Positions 37,407 through 49,993 of a DNA stretch of 64,000 nucleotides are shown here, one piece after another. The notes under the pieces are model-generated. The model ran no database searches. It worked only from the letters and a program-made list of their open reading frames with translations, and was not told the origin of the DNA. The DNA lies in contig JBLDXI010000012.1 in NCBI GenBank assembly GCA_047495785.1, positions 310,001-374,000 of the forward strand, in the 5' to 3' direction. Both the position numbers and the translations under genes were made by a program. The first letter of the stretch is position 1. Each line of letters opens with the position of its first letter. The DNA comes from Lepidodermella squamata. Lineage: Eukaryota; Animalia; Gastrotricha.

Positions 37407-38260
37407 GCACATTTTCCGGCCCGCCGGTGTTTCCTCCGCGCGCGCGCTCCTATTGGTTGGCTCGTTTTACGCGTAAATACCTTGTGACTAATTCCTCCAA
37501 GCTAATACCACTAAGTGACTAAGTGGTATTAGCTTGGAGGAATAGGAATCTCTATTCCTCCAAGGGTATTAGTCACAAGGTAAATACGCCTCGCTCGCAT
37601 TTATTGCGCAACAAATAATTGCAGCCCTCCCTCGCGCGCGCGCAGGAAAATGTACAAGTCCGAAATTCAGGACAATAACGGCGCGCTAGGGATATAAGTG
37701 ATGGGTGGAATAAAAGGCGAAATTTTCGTATTTTCGCTTTTTTCATTGGTATTTCAAGTTGATTTTAAATTTGAACAGAATTTTTCCCTGAAGTGTTCAA
37801 CGTCACCCTAACATAGCCTAAAATAGCGCGCCTAAAATGGCTATTTCCAGTTTATTTTTTTATTTTATAATTTTTCTTAAAAAAAGCGTGTTCTTCGAAA
37901 ATAATCCATCGCATCCTTTCTCTTAAATCAACTTTTTAAATTCTTATGGCCGGTGTTTTTGGATACGAACAGATAAGTCATCAAATAAAGACGTGTAGGC
38001 CGCCACGATGCAGTCAATTTTGTTGTCGTATTAACAATACCAAACTTCCTTTTCAAGGGTGGGCTATATATTTTTGTTGGAAAGCATGTCTTAGACTTAG
38101 CGCACGGGCGCTCAGGGCTTGGAGTAATGAATCCAAGGCTCAGGGCGCGTTCGAGTGCGCGCGTGCGGGGGAAGGCTATAATTATCTTGAAATGTTGCGC
38201 AATAGGCCCCAACCAATAGGAGCCCGCGCGGAGGAAACACCGGCTGGCCGGAAAATGTGC
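37407..38260. mobile_element. Non-autonomous Mutator(MULE)-like DNA transposon between H2B and H3
   Basis: Long TIRs (GCACATTTTCCGGCC.GCCGGTGTTTCCTCCGCGCG..CTCCTATTGGTTGG and its reverse complement at 38209-38260), continuing degenerately inward. Exact 9-bp TSD GAATTTTTA at 37398-37406 and 38261-38269. Confidence 0.88.
37480..37580. mobile_element. 101-bp nested palindromic insertion inside the left arm of the MULE-like element
   Basis: Ends CCTTGTGACTAAT / ATTAGTCACAAGG; internal 22-bp hairpin ATTCCTCCAAGCTAATACCACT..AGTGGTATTAGCTTGGAGGAAT; flanked by the direct repeat TAAATA. Confidence 0.7.
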
Positions 38261-38671
38261 GAATTTTTAGCAGGAAGAAGCAACGGGAAAATCGTACCGC
38301 AGAATACTACAGAATTATATTTTTCAAAAATTGTTACTTATCCCTACGAAACGTACGTCAAACGACAAGAGTTCAAGACCTGAGAAATTACAGCCCGACC
38401 ATGAATTCTACGCGGAAATGGGGGTTTACAATATGCTGCGCAGGTTTGGCTTCAGTTTATCGTCCCTCAGTCTCAGCCATCCACCTGTTCCAACTCATGT
38501 CGTGAATCCAGGATTTCAGTTTACCACGCCGACAGTCATCGATGCAGCATAAAAGCATGTATAAATGTGATAGCGCAAGTTAGTGAGGTTAATCGGCATT
38601 CTGCAGTCTTTCTTTATTTGTATCAATTTATTTTTAATCCTTCACTTCAATCCAATTTCCTTAAAAATTTC

Positions 38672-38710
38672 ACACTGTTGCAATAACTTGTGGCCCTGAA
38701 AAGGGCCGGT
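38672..38710 (-). terminator. H3 histone 3' stem-loop (38692-38707) plus conserved downstream 20-mer
   Basis: Minus strand reads ACC GGCCCTTTTCAGGGCC ACAAGTTATTGCAACAGTGT (one G>A difference). Confidence 0.95.
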
Positions 38711-38738
38711 CGGTGTTGGTTTTTAGTGAACCAGTCGC

Positions 38739-39728
<990 letters not shown>

Positions 39729-39780
39729 GCGGTCACCTGCTATTTCGACTACAGCTCTCACCATCAGCTCTCGACTACTA

Positions 39781-39819
39781 ACCGGCCCTTTTCAGGGCCA
39801 CAAGTTGTTGCAACAGTGT
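39781..39819 (+). terminator. H4 histone 3' stem-loop (39784-39799) plus conserved downstream 20-mer
   Basis: ACC GGCCCTTTTCAGGGCC ACAAGTTGTTGCAACAGTGT. Confidence 0.95.
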
Positions 39820-40103
39820 TCAGTCGTCATTATTGATGAATTGATGATGAAATTTCAGAAATCATTAGAATCAATAAACCGATACAAATAACCGATACAA
39901 CCGATCAATAAAACTAACACTTGAATCATTACATTCCCATTGTTATTTACCTTAGAAAACCCGGATTTCCCGATAGTAACTGGTTCGGTAATTTTCGTAA
40001 TGCCCGGGTGGGCCCAATTTCTGCGGATTTTTGAAACCCACTGACGAGTCTAGATTTAAATGGCATTCAGGTTAAAATTGAACAATTTTATTTTTCTGGC
40101 TTT

Positions 40104-41823
40104 TTAGTTCGTATCAGGCGATAGTAACTGTATGATTTCTTCGTTCCAGTTGCGCTTGGCATAGCAAAGTGGCGTAAAGCCATGACGATCTTCGGGCATC
40201 GGTTGTACCTTGCACTCCTTCAGCAAGAACAGGATGACTTCCGGGCGATTTTCAGCCGCGGCTAAATGTAGAGCCGTTCGACCGTCGTAGTCCGACATGT
40301 TCATAATCTCGCTGCCGTACTTGTTGAATAACTGACGCAAGGCCGAAACATCCCCAGCAGATACCTTAGAAAACAGCGCAACCATCACAGCCGTCATTTT
40401 GTCAATCACAGTGCGACGTGGGTCTATTTTCCGGTTAGGATGAATCACGGCGTCGTACGGGTGAAAATTGAACCGACGAACAAGCTCTTCGCAGAACTGA
40501 ACGCCGCGGACACTATTGCCATATTTGTCACAAGGCGGTGACCAAGTTGCAATTCCCATCAAGTTGGGAACAACGATTATTACAAGACCGGAGTCTCCGG
40601 ATTTCGCTGGAAGACCGACGTTGAATGCAAAATCTCCGGAATAATCGTACATTCCATAACAATACATCAGAGATAACGTGTTTCTAACAACTTCTCCCTT
40701 GAGAACTTGATCAGTTGTCAACGGACAAAATCCTCCGTTAGCCAACGTTGCGGCGATCACAGAAGCCGACTCAGCAGTAACTTCTGCGGAGCAATGTTGG
40801 AAGAACAAATCAATGGTGTCATTCAGCTTAGCTTCGCTTGGGAATACTTTTGGAATACATTGGGAATACGCTTCTTTCATGTGATAACTAACCGCAAAAT
40901 TTCGATTAGCCGTTTCTTCTTCAGATAAAAAAGTGGGATTACTGAAACAAATAAACTCGCCACCTGCCATTCTTCGATACATTGTTTGGACTGAAATTAA
41001 ACCGAATTAGCAAAATTTAAGGCTTGATAATGGGACTTTGTCTAACCGAATTCGATTCTGTCAGCCATGGTTAGGTCTGTTCCGAGCAAACAAGCCGTGG
41101 CGATAGCACCAGCAGCATTCATTGCATTCATCAACATAGAATTATGGGCGGATGAGGTATTCGGAATCCTAGGATCCAAATTTAGCATGCGATCTCTTGA
41201 CCACTGGCCTACGTGGGAGTGAACTTGTTCAGTGCTGGAACCATTCAAGGCGATTGCATAGTTCAATGCCTTGCTGGCTGACTGAAGACAGAACGGAATT
41301 TGCGTGTCTCCAATTGAAAATCTCTGCCCATCGATTGTGCATAACGAAACGCCCCAATAGTTCGGGCTGGGCTGCTTTGATTGAGGTTTAACGTTCCCAA
41401 CGTTGTTTGATTTGCATTTTTCGAAGATTTTTGTGATGATTGACGAGAAGCGATCGAACTCGGGAATGACAAAATCTCCAGTCAGTGCTCGGAAAATGAT
41501 ATCATTGTTCTCTTGTACACATTCATAAAATTTGGCCTTCGTCAGCTGAACGCCTTTGTAGAGGGAAAAATCGTTGTCTTTCCCTTCCGCTAACGATGAA
41601 GCAGTGTAAGCCGACAGTTTCCTGAAGAAACCTTTGAGTCTAGGGTCGGAACTTCCGAGGCCGCTTTGGAATAGGATCTAATGGGAAAAAAAATTGTTTG
41701 GTCATATTCAAGGAGAGAAAGCTTCACCTCAAGGAATTGGCTTAAGGATACAGTTTCAGTTGTATCGTTTTTCATGGCATGATAAAGCCTCTCAAAATTT
41801 GCATCGTATGGCGTATCCTCCAT
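40104..41823 (-). CDS. GLS: Glutaminase-like protein with C-terminal ankyrin repeats, divergent. Exons 41823-41728, 41677-41047, 40990-40104; 5' end uncertain
   Basis: DPRL, FVIPEF, WGVSLCTIDGQR..GDT..PFCLQSASK, AATLANGGFCP, GMYDYSGDFAFNVGLPAKSG, GNSVRG, DYDGRTALHLAAAE. Confidence 0.9.
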
Positions 41824-42106
41824 CGCAGTGATTGCAAGTTTCGTGGTCAGTATTGCAGCAGAACCCCGATATTTACGATGGGAAAGCTTTGCTATCGGTT
41901 TACATCAGGATGTTAGGACTAAAAAAATTGTTCCACCTGTAAGTTTGCTGCATATACCTATGCATAGCACGTTTAATGACATTTCTTTCCAGTTTCTTTC
42001 ATTGCCATGGGGTTACGTGACATGTAGTGCGTCGTGCGTTGTTTTTATGATTGAAGAAAAAACTTGTCTCGGGTATAAGGGAGCACACCTTTGGCTTTTA
42101 TTTTGG

Positions 42107-42176
42107 GCTATTCTTATTTTTTGTGATTAAGGAAAAACACCGCTATTCTTATTTTTTGTGATTAAGGAAAAACACC
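42107..42176. repeat. Perfect 35-bp tandem duplication
   Basis: GCTATTCTTATTTTTTGTGATTAAGGAAAAACACC occurs twice in tandem. Confidence 0.95.
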
Positions 42177-42853
42177 AAATTCGTAGCGTGTAGACCAAAA
42201 TATGTTATGCATATTATTAAAAATGTATGCTGTATGCGCCAATAATTATTTCGAACCTTATATTGACAGCAATGTTCATCGCATTACCGTGAGCCATATC
42301 TCAAAAAGGTGCGAATCCTCTTTCGAACTGCAATAGCCCTGTAGTAATATTTCACGAACTAACATCTTCAAACCAAATTTCTTGGGAACACTGAAGTTTC
42401 ATCGCCGCAATCCTTCCTTCGTTCAATCTCAAAAAACCAGAAAATATTCCATCAATAAACTGCAACTTTATTCTTCTTTCACTTTCATCACATTTATTTA
42501 CAGCTATCATTGACTTTTATCAGCAAATAACAAAAAAGAGAAGATAAGCCAAGCACCTTGAAATAAAAAGCACGACCATAAATAGCGAAGGTAATAAAAT
42601 ACTAGAAGCTCATGATTTGCAACATACAAATTTAATCAAGGAGCAACAAGGTTAAAAAACCGCGCAGCTATACAGCAGGTTAAGGTGGATATTATTATGT
42701 GTTAACGCAATTTACACAATCAAAGTCGACTATCGATTGATTTGATATCACTCCAGTACTCTGATTAATTAATGTGGAGCACGCTCATCGGAGCCATCGT
42801 ATGAAAAACTGACACAAAATTGAAAAATATCAGCCTGGTACTTCAAGTTACAT

Positions 42854-45800
42854 TCACGCCGCCGCTTCTTTTTCATGAGAATTAGATGAGCTGTCTTTCG
42901 GCCAGTAGCTCTCGGCCGAATACTTCATGAGCACGCGTTGCAGGTCGTCAGGAAGACGGTCGAAGCACGGCCCGCAGACCGGGCGTTGATCGAGCGGGTA
43001 GAATTTGGTTTTCTTCGTCAGTCGCCGCGAGCAGGTCGCACAGCAAAAGTGATCGGCGCACCAGGATTTTCCGAAGGCGGTGAAAATCGAGCCTTTGATG
43101 ACATCGCAGCACTGGTAGCAGATGTGGCCGTACAGCTGGTGGTAGTGCAGTTCGCAATACGCCTGGCCGTCGTGTTCGTAGTACGGCCGGCCGAGGAAGG
43201 GCTGTTCGCATTGAGCGCAAACGAAGTGCTCGACGTGCCAGTATTTTTTCAGCGCAAATACACGCCTGCCATCAGTAAGAGCTCGCCTAAAATATAATAA
43301 ACAATTCACGTTTCAGATATTATATATTATTTTAGTATTAAATCGAAATTCGAAATTGGAATTCTTTTGGTTTGCTGGCCTTAATTGATCTGAGCATGTC
43401 CTAATATGTAGAGATTTTTTTAACCTCAGGTACATTTTTCGCTACACTTCCTAAACATGGATGCCTTTCTTTGTCAAATTATCGAAATGATCGATCAGAT
43501 AATGATTGGCTTGACTGAACTCAACGAGCAAGTTTTACTTTCATCGGTTTTTCGGGACATTAGCTGCACAAACGTACTCTTCAGATCAGAGACTACTGCC
43601 AGATTTCGCCCGCAGCCGGTACCTGCCTCTCATCGATTGAGTGGCATAGTGAGTAGGCAGGGTAAAACTCCTCCACTATGATTTCTATGTTGAGTCGCTT
43701 TCCCTCAAAAATGTCAAGATGTATTAAATAATCCTCTCCCGGTGGGCGACGCGTTTCAAAACCAGGTCAGTACCTTAGTCCCTGAGAAATATCGTGGCTG
43801 TGGCGGTCGACCAAATTGTTTTACTACAAGCGGTTGTGGCAGTCGAAATGCCGTGAAGTCAAGCGGCTGGTCAAGGATGCCAAGGCGAAAGCCCTGGCGG
43901 CCAAGATCAAGGCGATCGAGCGGCACCGTCACATCAACATGCGGTCATTCTGGCGGCAGTATCAGCAGGTCAGCTCGGGCGAGGGCTACACCCCGAGGGC
44001 CCGGTTCAAGCCGATCAAGGCGCCCGATGGCTCCATGGCGACGACCGACGAACAGCGAGCCGACGTAATTGGGCAGCACCTGTGCAGCTCATTCGAAGGC
44101 GATGCGCGGCCACCCCAGTGTGCCGAGGGGGCCGCGCTTCAAAGCCAGGTCAGTGTCGCTTTTCCAGATAAATGTAGTGACGTTTTAAATCCTCTCCCGG
44201 TGGGCGACGCGAGAAGCAACGCCGATAGGTCGCTGCTCATCAGCCGGTCCGAATTTCGACGGGCCGTCAAAGGGCTGCGACTCTAAGCACCGGGTCTGGA
44301 CGAAATCAGCAACTTACTTATCAAGCGAAGTGGCGCGACGCTTCACCGGCATCTGCGCTGCCTGTTCAACCTGTCCTTGGCAACTGGCTACGTCCCGCGA
44401 CGGTGGAAAATCGCCGTTATCAAATCAAGGCTAGCGTGCCGCAAGGCAGCTAGCTGTCACCTGTTCTTTTCATCATCTTCACAGCCAATTTGTTGGCCGA
44501 CACTGACAACCCGACGAACGCGTCATTCGCCGACGATGCGATGCCCGCAAAGTATATTCATAATTTCAGCCTAGGAAAGAAGCCGAAAATTCCAAATATC
44601 CAGCTTATCCAGATTAGGCCAGTATATAACGACCTCAGATAAGTTAATGTTATATTCTTGGACATGGCTCTTCTTTGATTAGATGTCAAAATCCTTTGAA
44701 TGGGATCACATCTAGTAAGATTGGTGCCTCAAATCTTGCAGTATAAGCCCCTGGCATTACTTAAAAATGTGAATAAAACTTCTTCTTTCTAGTTTTTGGG
44801 ATATTACGATTGAAAAGCCAAGATATTACAATTTTCGAAGTTTTCCAGTAAGCTAGGTTTAAATCTTCATGAGTATGATAAACCACAAACCGGCAGGCTC
44901 CGCAAACGTGGACTTCCTTGTCGTAGCAAGGCGCGCAGTAGAGTTCAGACCGCAACTCTCGAGCATCAGAATCCAACGGCACGTGGCACGAGTGGCAGCG
45001 GAAATGCGTCACGTGATAAGCCTGGCCCTTATGCCGGATTAGCTGATCGGGCGGAGTAGGCTGACCGCATTTCGCACACGCCGGCTGCTCGGCTTGCAAT
45101 CGATCCCTACATTTCAAGCAATAAAGCCTAGGAAGAAAACGCAAATATTAAACTCTATTCTCCATTATTCAGGGTAAGACTCACTTTTTTGCGATTATCA
45201 CGCCCAATTTTGCGTGAGGATCGTGAGAATTCTGGGTTAGAGGTGTTTGGCAGCTCGAGCAGGTGTAACAAGCAGCGTGGAAAGATACAGGACTCAATCG
45301 AATACACTGACCATCGACTATAGCTCGATCTACAAACAAGGAATCGTAGGCGGGCCAGAAATTCAAATTTGAAAACCTACTGCAACTACCGCAAATCGGA
45401 GCGAATAACGTTTCGAAGTCGTGTTGGCAATAGTATCGAGTCGAAAACGGAGTGCCTGTTCCATCGAGGTCGTACTCGTAGAACGGTGTATTGGCAAGAG
45501 GCTTAAAACACTGCCCACATCTGAAAAAATATTCGAAAATTTAGGCATATGAACCAGGTACAGCAGGGGTTGAAACAGAAGTGGGGTGGACAACGTAAAG
45601 TGATAGCAGGGGAGTCACGCGAGAAAACAACGGCGAAACCAACAACAACAACAATTAGCGAGGTTAAAGCAACATATTTTTTGACGATTAATTTGGATCT
45701 TACAAGAAGCAATCGCGATGCCAGAACCGTTCCCCGTGCGAGACAATCACCTGATTGTCAACGGGCTGGCCACATCGATCACACAGAACTTTAACACTTT

Positions 45801-46072
45801 AAAATGGTAGAACAATTTGAAATCGATGTAAAAAATAGTTCCCCAAGTCTGAATTTTAGTAGTAAAACTTACACAAGGCAATGCTCGTGGTAGAGGACAT
45901 TGTTGAGAGAAATCGCCGGTTTGCCAGATTCAAACGGTTGGTCACATTTCACGCATCGTTGATCCGGATCGAACGGGATAACGCCATCTTCAAACACAAG
46001 TTCAGCCCCGTTTTCGGCAGGCGGTTGGGCCCTGTGCGTAAACGATACCGACATTATAGGAGCGGCTAACAT
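42854..46072 (-). CDS. LIMS1: PINCH/LIMS five-LIM adaptor. Exons 46072-45873, 45520-45381, 45329-45185, 45127-44891, 43286-42854; alternative 5' route 46617-46595 + 45796-45704
   Basis: Five LIM domains with PINCH hallmarks CGQCFKP, YCQHDFETLFAP.C, ARELRSELYC, WHVEHFVCAQCEQPFLG..YYE..G.AYCE.HYHQLYG, K.KFY..D.RPVC..CFDRLP. Confidence 0.92.
43800..44425 (+). mobile_element. Truncated non-LTR retrotransposon (LINE) ORF2 relic in PINCH intron, antisense to the host gene
   Basis: FW..PIKAPDG..TTDEQRAD..ISRSEFRRAVKGLRL*APGLDEISN..LFNLSLATGYVPRRWKIAVI matches the pre-RT KAPGxD and P..WK.A.I motifs. In-frame TAA at 44284-44286. Confidence 0.85.
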
Positions 46073-47117
46073 TTTCACGGAATGGTGAGATTCAGCTCAA
46101 CCTAGCTACCTCTACCTATCGTTATCTTAATAACACATGTGATGTTTGTTTACCGCGCGTGTTGCTACGCTTGCGATAATATTATTCTAATGATGATGAA
46201 ATCGCCATCGCCAATTTCCGCGGTCGATGATAATGAACAGACCAGCGGAAAACGGCGGGAAATCACGCGCATGTGTAAACAATAGTAACTAATCGCTGAC
46301 GATTTTTTCTGCAAGGCGTCTGTCTTACTTTTGCTGGCGTCTCTGCAAGAGCGGATTCAAACGCTTTGCGTCGTCTATCTGTTTAAGGTGGAAAGGCGCG
46401 TTGTGAAACATTCTCTCGCAAAAACACGACTGACAAACTGGAATAAAATACTGCAAGTGGCCGAAACGCTAGTAGATACATGCGTCCTACGCGCATTTTT
46501 AATGGCAAAAACTATATAAGATAAGATAAGCTGCTGATGTATAATGAGGCAAAAAATACGCGGAGAAGTGCAATAGCCTTTGTACACAACTCACCTCCCG
46601 TTGCCGTTCGTGTACATGCGCAGGTAGACGGGGCGTCAGAAAATACAGGTAAATAACAAAGCCTATAAAGAAAAGGCGGAAGTTGTTGACTTGTCTTTAC
46701 TATTTGCTCCGATTTGGAGGCTGAAGCAGAACCCACAACTTGATTAAAAATATATTCACAAGCAAGAAAAGATAGCGCGATTTTTTTTCATTCATCGTTC
46801 ACCTTTAAATTCCAAAGACAGTAAGATCACGAGTAAACAAGGAGTGAACCAAATTTTAACAAGTTCGCTATTCCGGAACTTAATCCACGAAGCAAGGGTC
46901 TACAATTCCTTTTTTCACCACCATTTTTGTTTGCATCAATATGATTGTTTTACCTTGCCTTCCTCTAAAAACACGCCAACAAGCAGTAATACATTTTCAT
47001 CATGAAATCAGCAACTCGCACCACGTTCAGTCAAATTGAGATATTAAATATCGCGCTTAAATAACACATGTCATGACAATTTGAATGAAAAATATAAAAG
47101 TATGTTTATGAATGAGT

Positions 47118-48374
47118 TCAATTAAGTGACTTTTCGTCTTTTTTCACACGTAGGTGAGTAGCAGCTAGCCACAGAGCAGCGACGGCGACAGCTACACCGC
47201 ATTGCATAGCGATTATAACACCTGTCCACGAGTAAAGAGATTGCAGGACAGAAATCGGGTAGCCAGCCAGCAAGCTGCCCACTGAGCCGGCCAAGTCAAT
47301 AACCGAGCTGTATCGGCCCGCCAGTTCACTTCCAACAATTTCCATGGGCAGCATACCGAATAACGAGTAACAAGAAGCAATTAAGCAACCCATTATAAAG
47401 GCATTCCACCAAACCGAAATCGATGGACTTTCTGTTCGAGTTACAAGAGAATGTAGCCAATGCACGGAGAAGAATAGACCAATCGAATAAATAACCAAAA
47501 TAACTATTTTTGCTTTTCCTTTCGTGCGAAAAAGTGTTGAGATCCAGTCAGCAATAAATCCAGAGGAAAATGAACCGAACAACCCGCCCAGCTCCATAAA
47601 GGTAACATAATACACGACGTACGTCAGTTGAATATTGGAATCGATAAGGCATAGATGGATCCAATTTGCAAAACTAAATTTGACTGTAGAAAGTACGATG
47701 TATGCAAGGCAGAGAAACATGAAAGATCTGTTAGCGAAAAGTGATGACCATGAATACTGTTGCTCAGTATCATTGCCAGACTTCTTATCCACTCCTTCTC
47801 CTTTGAACTGTTTTACATCTGGTAAGTAATAATAGACTGTAATCGCCAAAAACAGACAAGCGACTCCATTGAAAATGAAAATCGACTTCCAGCTCAACTC
47901 CAACGTGGTAAGAAACAGCGATGTCAGAATCGGACCGGCAAGGGCGGATACATTACTGGAAGACGATATAATGCCCCACCATACTCCGAAATTACTCACG
48001 GAACAAACGTTTCGGATGAAGAAACCACACGGCGGCCAGCTGCAGCCATGGGCTAAACCAGCTAAGGCCCAAGCAGCGAAAAAATATATAAAAGCAGGAC
48101 AAGCCGACATGAGAAAGGCAGTCATTGATGCAAAAATCAAGGAGAATATCAGCAAAGATTTTGCGCCAATGCGGTTGACAAAAGTCCATGACATAAACTT
48201 GGATACGGCAAATACTAAAGCGTTTATACTGGCGGTGGCTCCGAGTTGTTGAGTTGTCAGCAGCTTCGAATCCCTCAAAATATGAGAAACAAACGACAAC
48301 GTTCGCCGGTGAAATGTCAAAGCAGTGTAAGCAACAAATATGTGGCCGAATGTTTTCGTCGTTGAATCGGCCAT
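47118..48374 (-). CDS. SLC37A4: Glucose-6-phosphate transporter-like MFS protein, intronless
   Basis: Multi-pass membrane protein with Y..FHRRTLSFV, QLG, A.SKF, GLAHGCSWPPC, FGVWWGIISSSSN, ELGGLFGS..GFIAD, GSLLAGYP motifs. Confidence 0.8.
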   Translation of the reverse strand: MADSTTKTFGHIFVAYTALTFHRRTLSFVSHILRDSKLLTTQQLGATASINALVFAVSKFMSWTFVNRIGAKSLLIFSLIFASMTAFLMSACPAFIYFFAAWALAGLAHGCSWPPCGFFIRNVCSVSNFGVWWGIISSSSNVSALAGPILTSLFLTTLELSWKSIFIFNGVACLFLAITVYYYLPDVKQFKGEGVDKKSGNDTEQQYSWSSLFANRSFMFLCLAYIVLSTVKFSFANWIHLCLIDSNIQLTYVVYYVTFMELGGLFGSFSSGFIADWISTLFRTKGKAKIVILVIYSIGLFFSVHWLHSLVTRTESPSISVWWNAFIMGCLIASCYSLFGMLPMEIVGSELAGRYSSVIDLAGSVGSLLAGYPISVLQSLYSWTGVIIAMQCGVAVAVAALWLAATHLRVKKDEKSLN

Positions 48375-48661
48375 TTTACTTTAACACAATCTAATCAGAA
48401 GGAATAAATTCGTAAATTGCAAATTGCAATATCTGAGACAAAGCGTATAACTAAAAAAACTGGTCGGGGTCGAGAAAACGAAATGCGGTGATACATCATG
48501 AAAATGGGTACAATCACATTACAACGAGCATAAACCGTGAAACCAGCGTCCATGATTTGTCTATTTATTGGTGAGAAATACCATCCCACCAGGATGTAGG
48601 ACAGCTCAGCTCAAAGAGGAAGCATAAGAATAAAGGAATACACAAAAGAACTACGATGGCA

Positions 48662-49341
48662 CAGGGACGGCGCCAGGGTTCTGCGGCCAGGGGGGCGAGT
48701 CGGGGGCAATCACTAACAATACTAAGCTAGCAAAAACGTCGTAATTTTGCGTGTACATGTGCGAAAGACTGTAGCTGAACGTTGAATTATGAGATTATTT
48801 GAAAAGCTACCAATGAAGTCACAAAACTCTAAAACCATGCGAGCGAAGCGAGCTTTAGCTAACGCTATTTTTTTAAAACAATACTCAGGGACTAACATAG
48901 AAATTAGAAATGCTTCAATATTAGGACCCACTTTCCCTAATCTGCAGTTTTCAGAAGTCTGGATTTCAGCAAATTCTTTCTCATACGGGCGTGGGGCGTC
49001 GACACTACCTTACTTTCTCCCCACTGCATGTCATAGCTTTAGCGGTTAAAACTAAAGATTTCGCAACCTTATTGATTGGGGAATTGGTTTACAATCTCTG
49101 AGTAAGTAGCCTGTAAAAAATACCTAGTAGTTGCGGAATCAAAGCGGAAATGTAGACTATATGCCGTAACTCGAGCGAAGCGAGCTTTGGCTGGCGCTAT
49201 TTTAGTGAAGTTTTCCGCAGGAATAGCCTAAAAATGCTCCAAATTTGGTTTGAGAGCTGAACATTTCCAGGGGGCGAGAATTCAAGAAAAATCTCGCCAG
49301 GGGGGCAACGCCCCACTTGCCCCCCCCTGGCGCCGTCACTG
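48662..49341. mobile_element. Non-autonomous hAT-like transposon
   Basis: TIRs CAGGGACGGCGCCAGGG / CCCTGGCGCCGTCACTG; exact 8-bp TSD CGATGGCA (48654-48661 and 49342-49349); internal repeated GAGCGAAGCGAGCTTT and CCAGGGGG motifs. Confidence 0.92.
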
Positions 49342-49993
49342 CGATGGCAGTCTACCAAATTTCGGCAATTCAAGCGGCTTTTCTGTAATATGCCTCGCAA
49401 TTGTCCTCGAGAGACTCCTTGAACCCCTTGTCTTGAACCAGGACACGAAGTGGTCATCTCGAACCAGGACACAGGACACGAGGTGGTCAGCCACTTTCTT
49501 CTGAGCCGCGCCTGGATCCACGAACGCGGGTTTCATTTTGAAAACTTTTTTCGGGTCACTTATATTTTCTGGTATTCTACAGTCAATTATTTGCGACAAT
49601 CAAACATATTCTCAGATATTTAAGAAAATACAATTTTGAATTTTTTGCCGCCAAACTACGCGAGTTGCGTTTCTGATTGGCTCGCTCACGGTTGTTGGTG
49701 GTAAGGAGGAGCGGGATCACCGGGGTGGTGGTGACCTTGTTTTGTCTTTTTCCAGGATACGAGACGTGAGACGTACGGTGAACAGTATTTAATGCCAGCT
49801 GAGATGTGGCAAGCGTTTCAAATTTCACTAAGCACTATCAAATTTTCCCTATTTCATACTTCATCGAACTTCTAAGTATTCTCCTCCAGTTTCTCTTTTA
49901 TTCTTCAAGACTGCAAAAAGATGCAATTAGTACTTCGAGCCTCAAAGTTATTCATGTGAATGTAGCTTGATGTTTTCTGATTTTAGACCTGAA

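Noticed and set aside
37946-38552. ORFs in the H2B-H3 spacer as a possible H1 or transposase
   Set aside because: Not Lys/Ala-rich, no winged-helix or DDE motifs, and largely overlapping the non-autonomous element.
41520-41680. Apparent frameshift or gap in glutaminase suggested by the fragmented ORF track
   Set aside because: Manual translation shows exon 2 (41677-41047) is continuous and in frame; the track simply lacks a start codon there.
44284-44286. In-frame TAA as possible readthrough or genetic code reassignment
   Set aside because: It lies in a truncated LINE relic, and the host genes use TAA, TAG and TGA as normal stops.
48395-49599. Possible small minus-strand gene interrupted by the hAT element (MKPAFVDPGAAQKK...)
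   Set aside because: Removing the element gives an immediate stop, the region has an internal duplication, and no family is recognisable.
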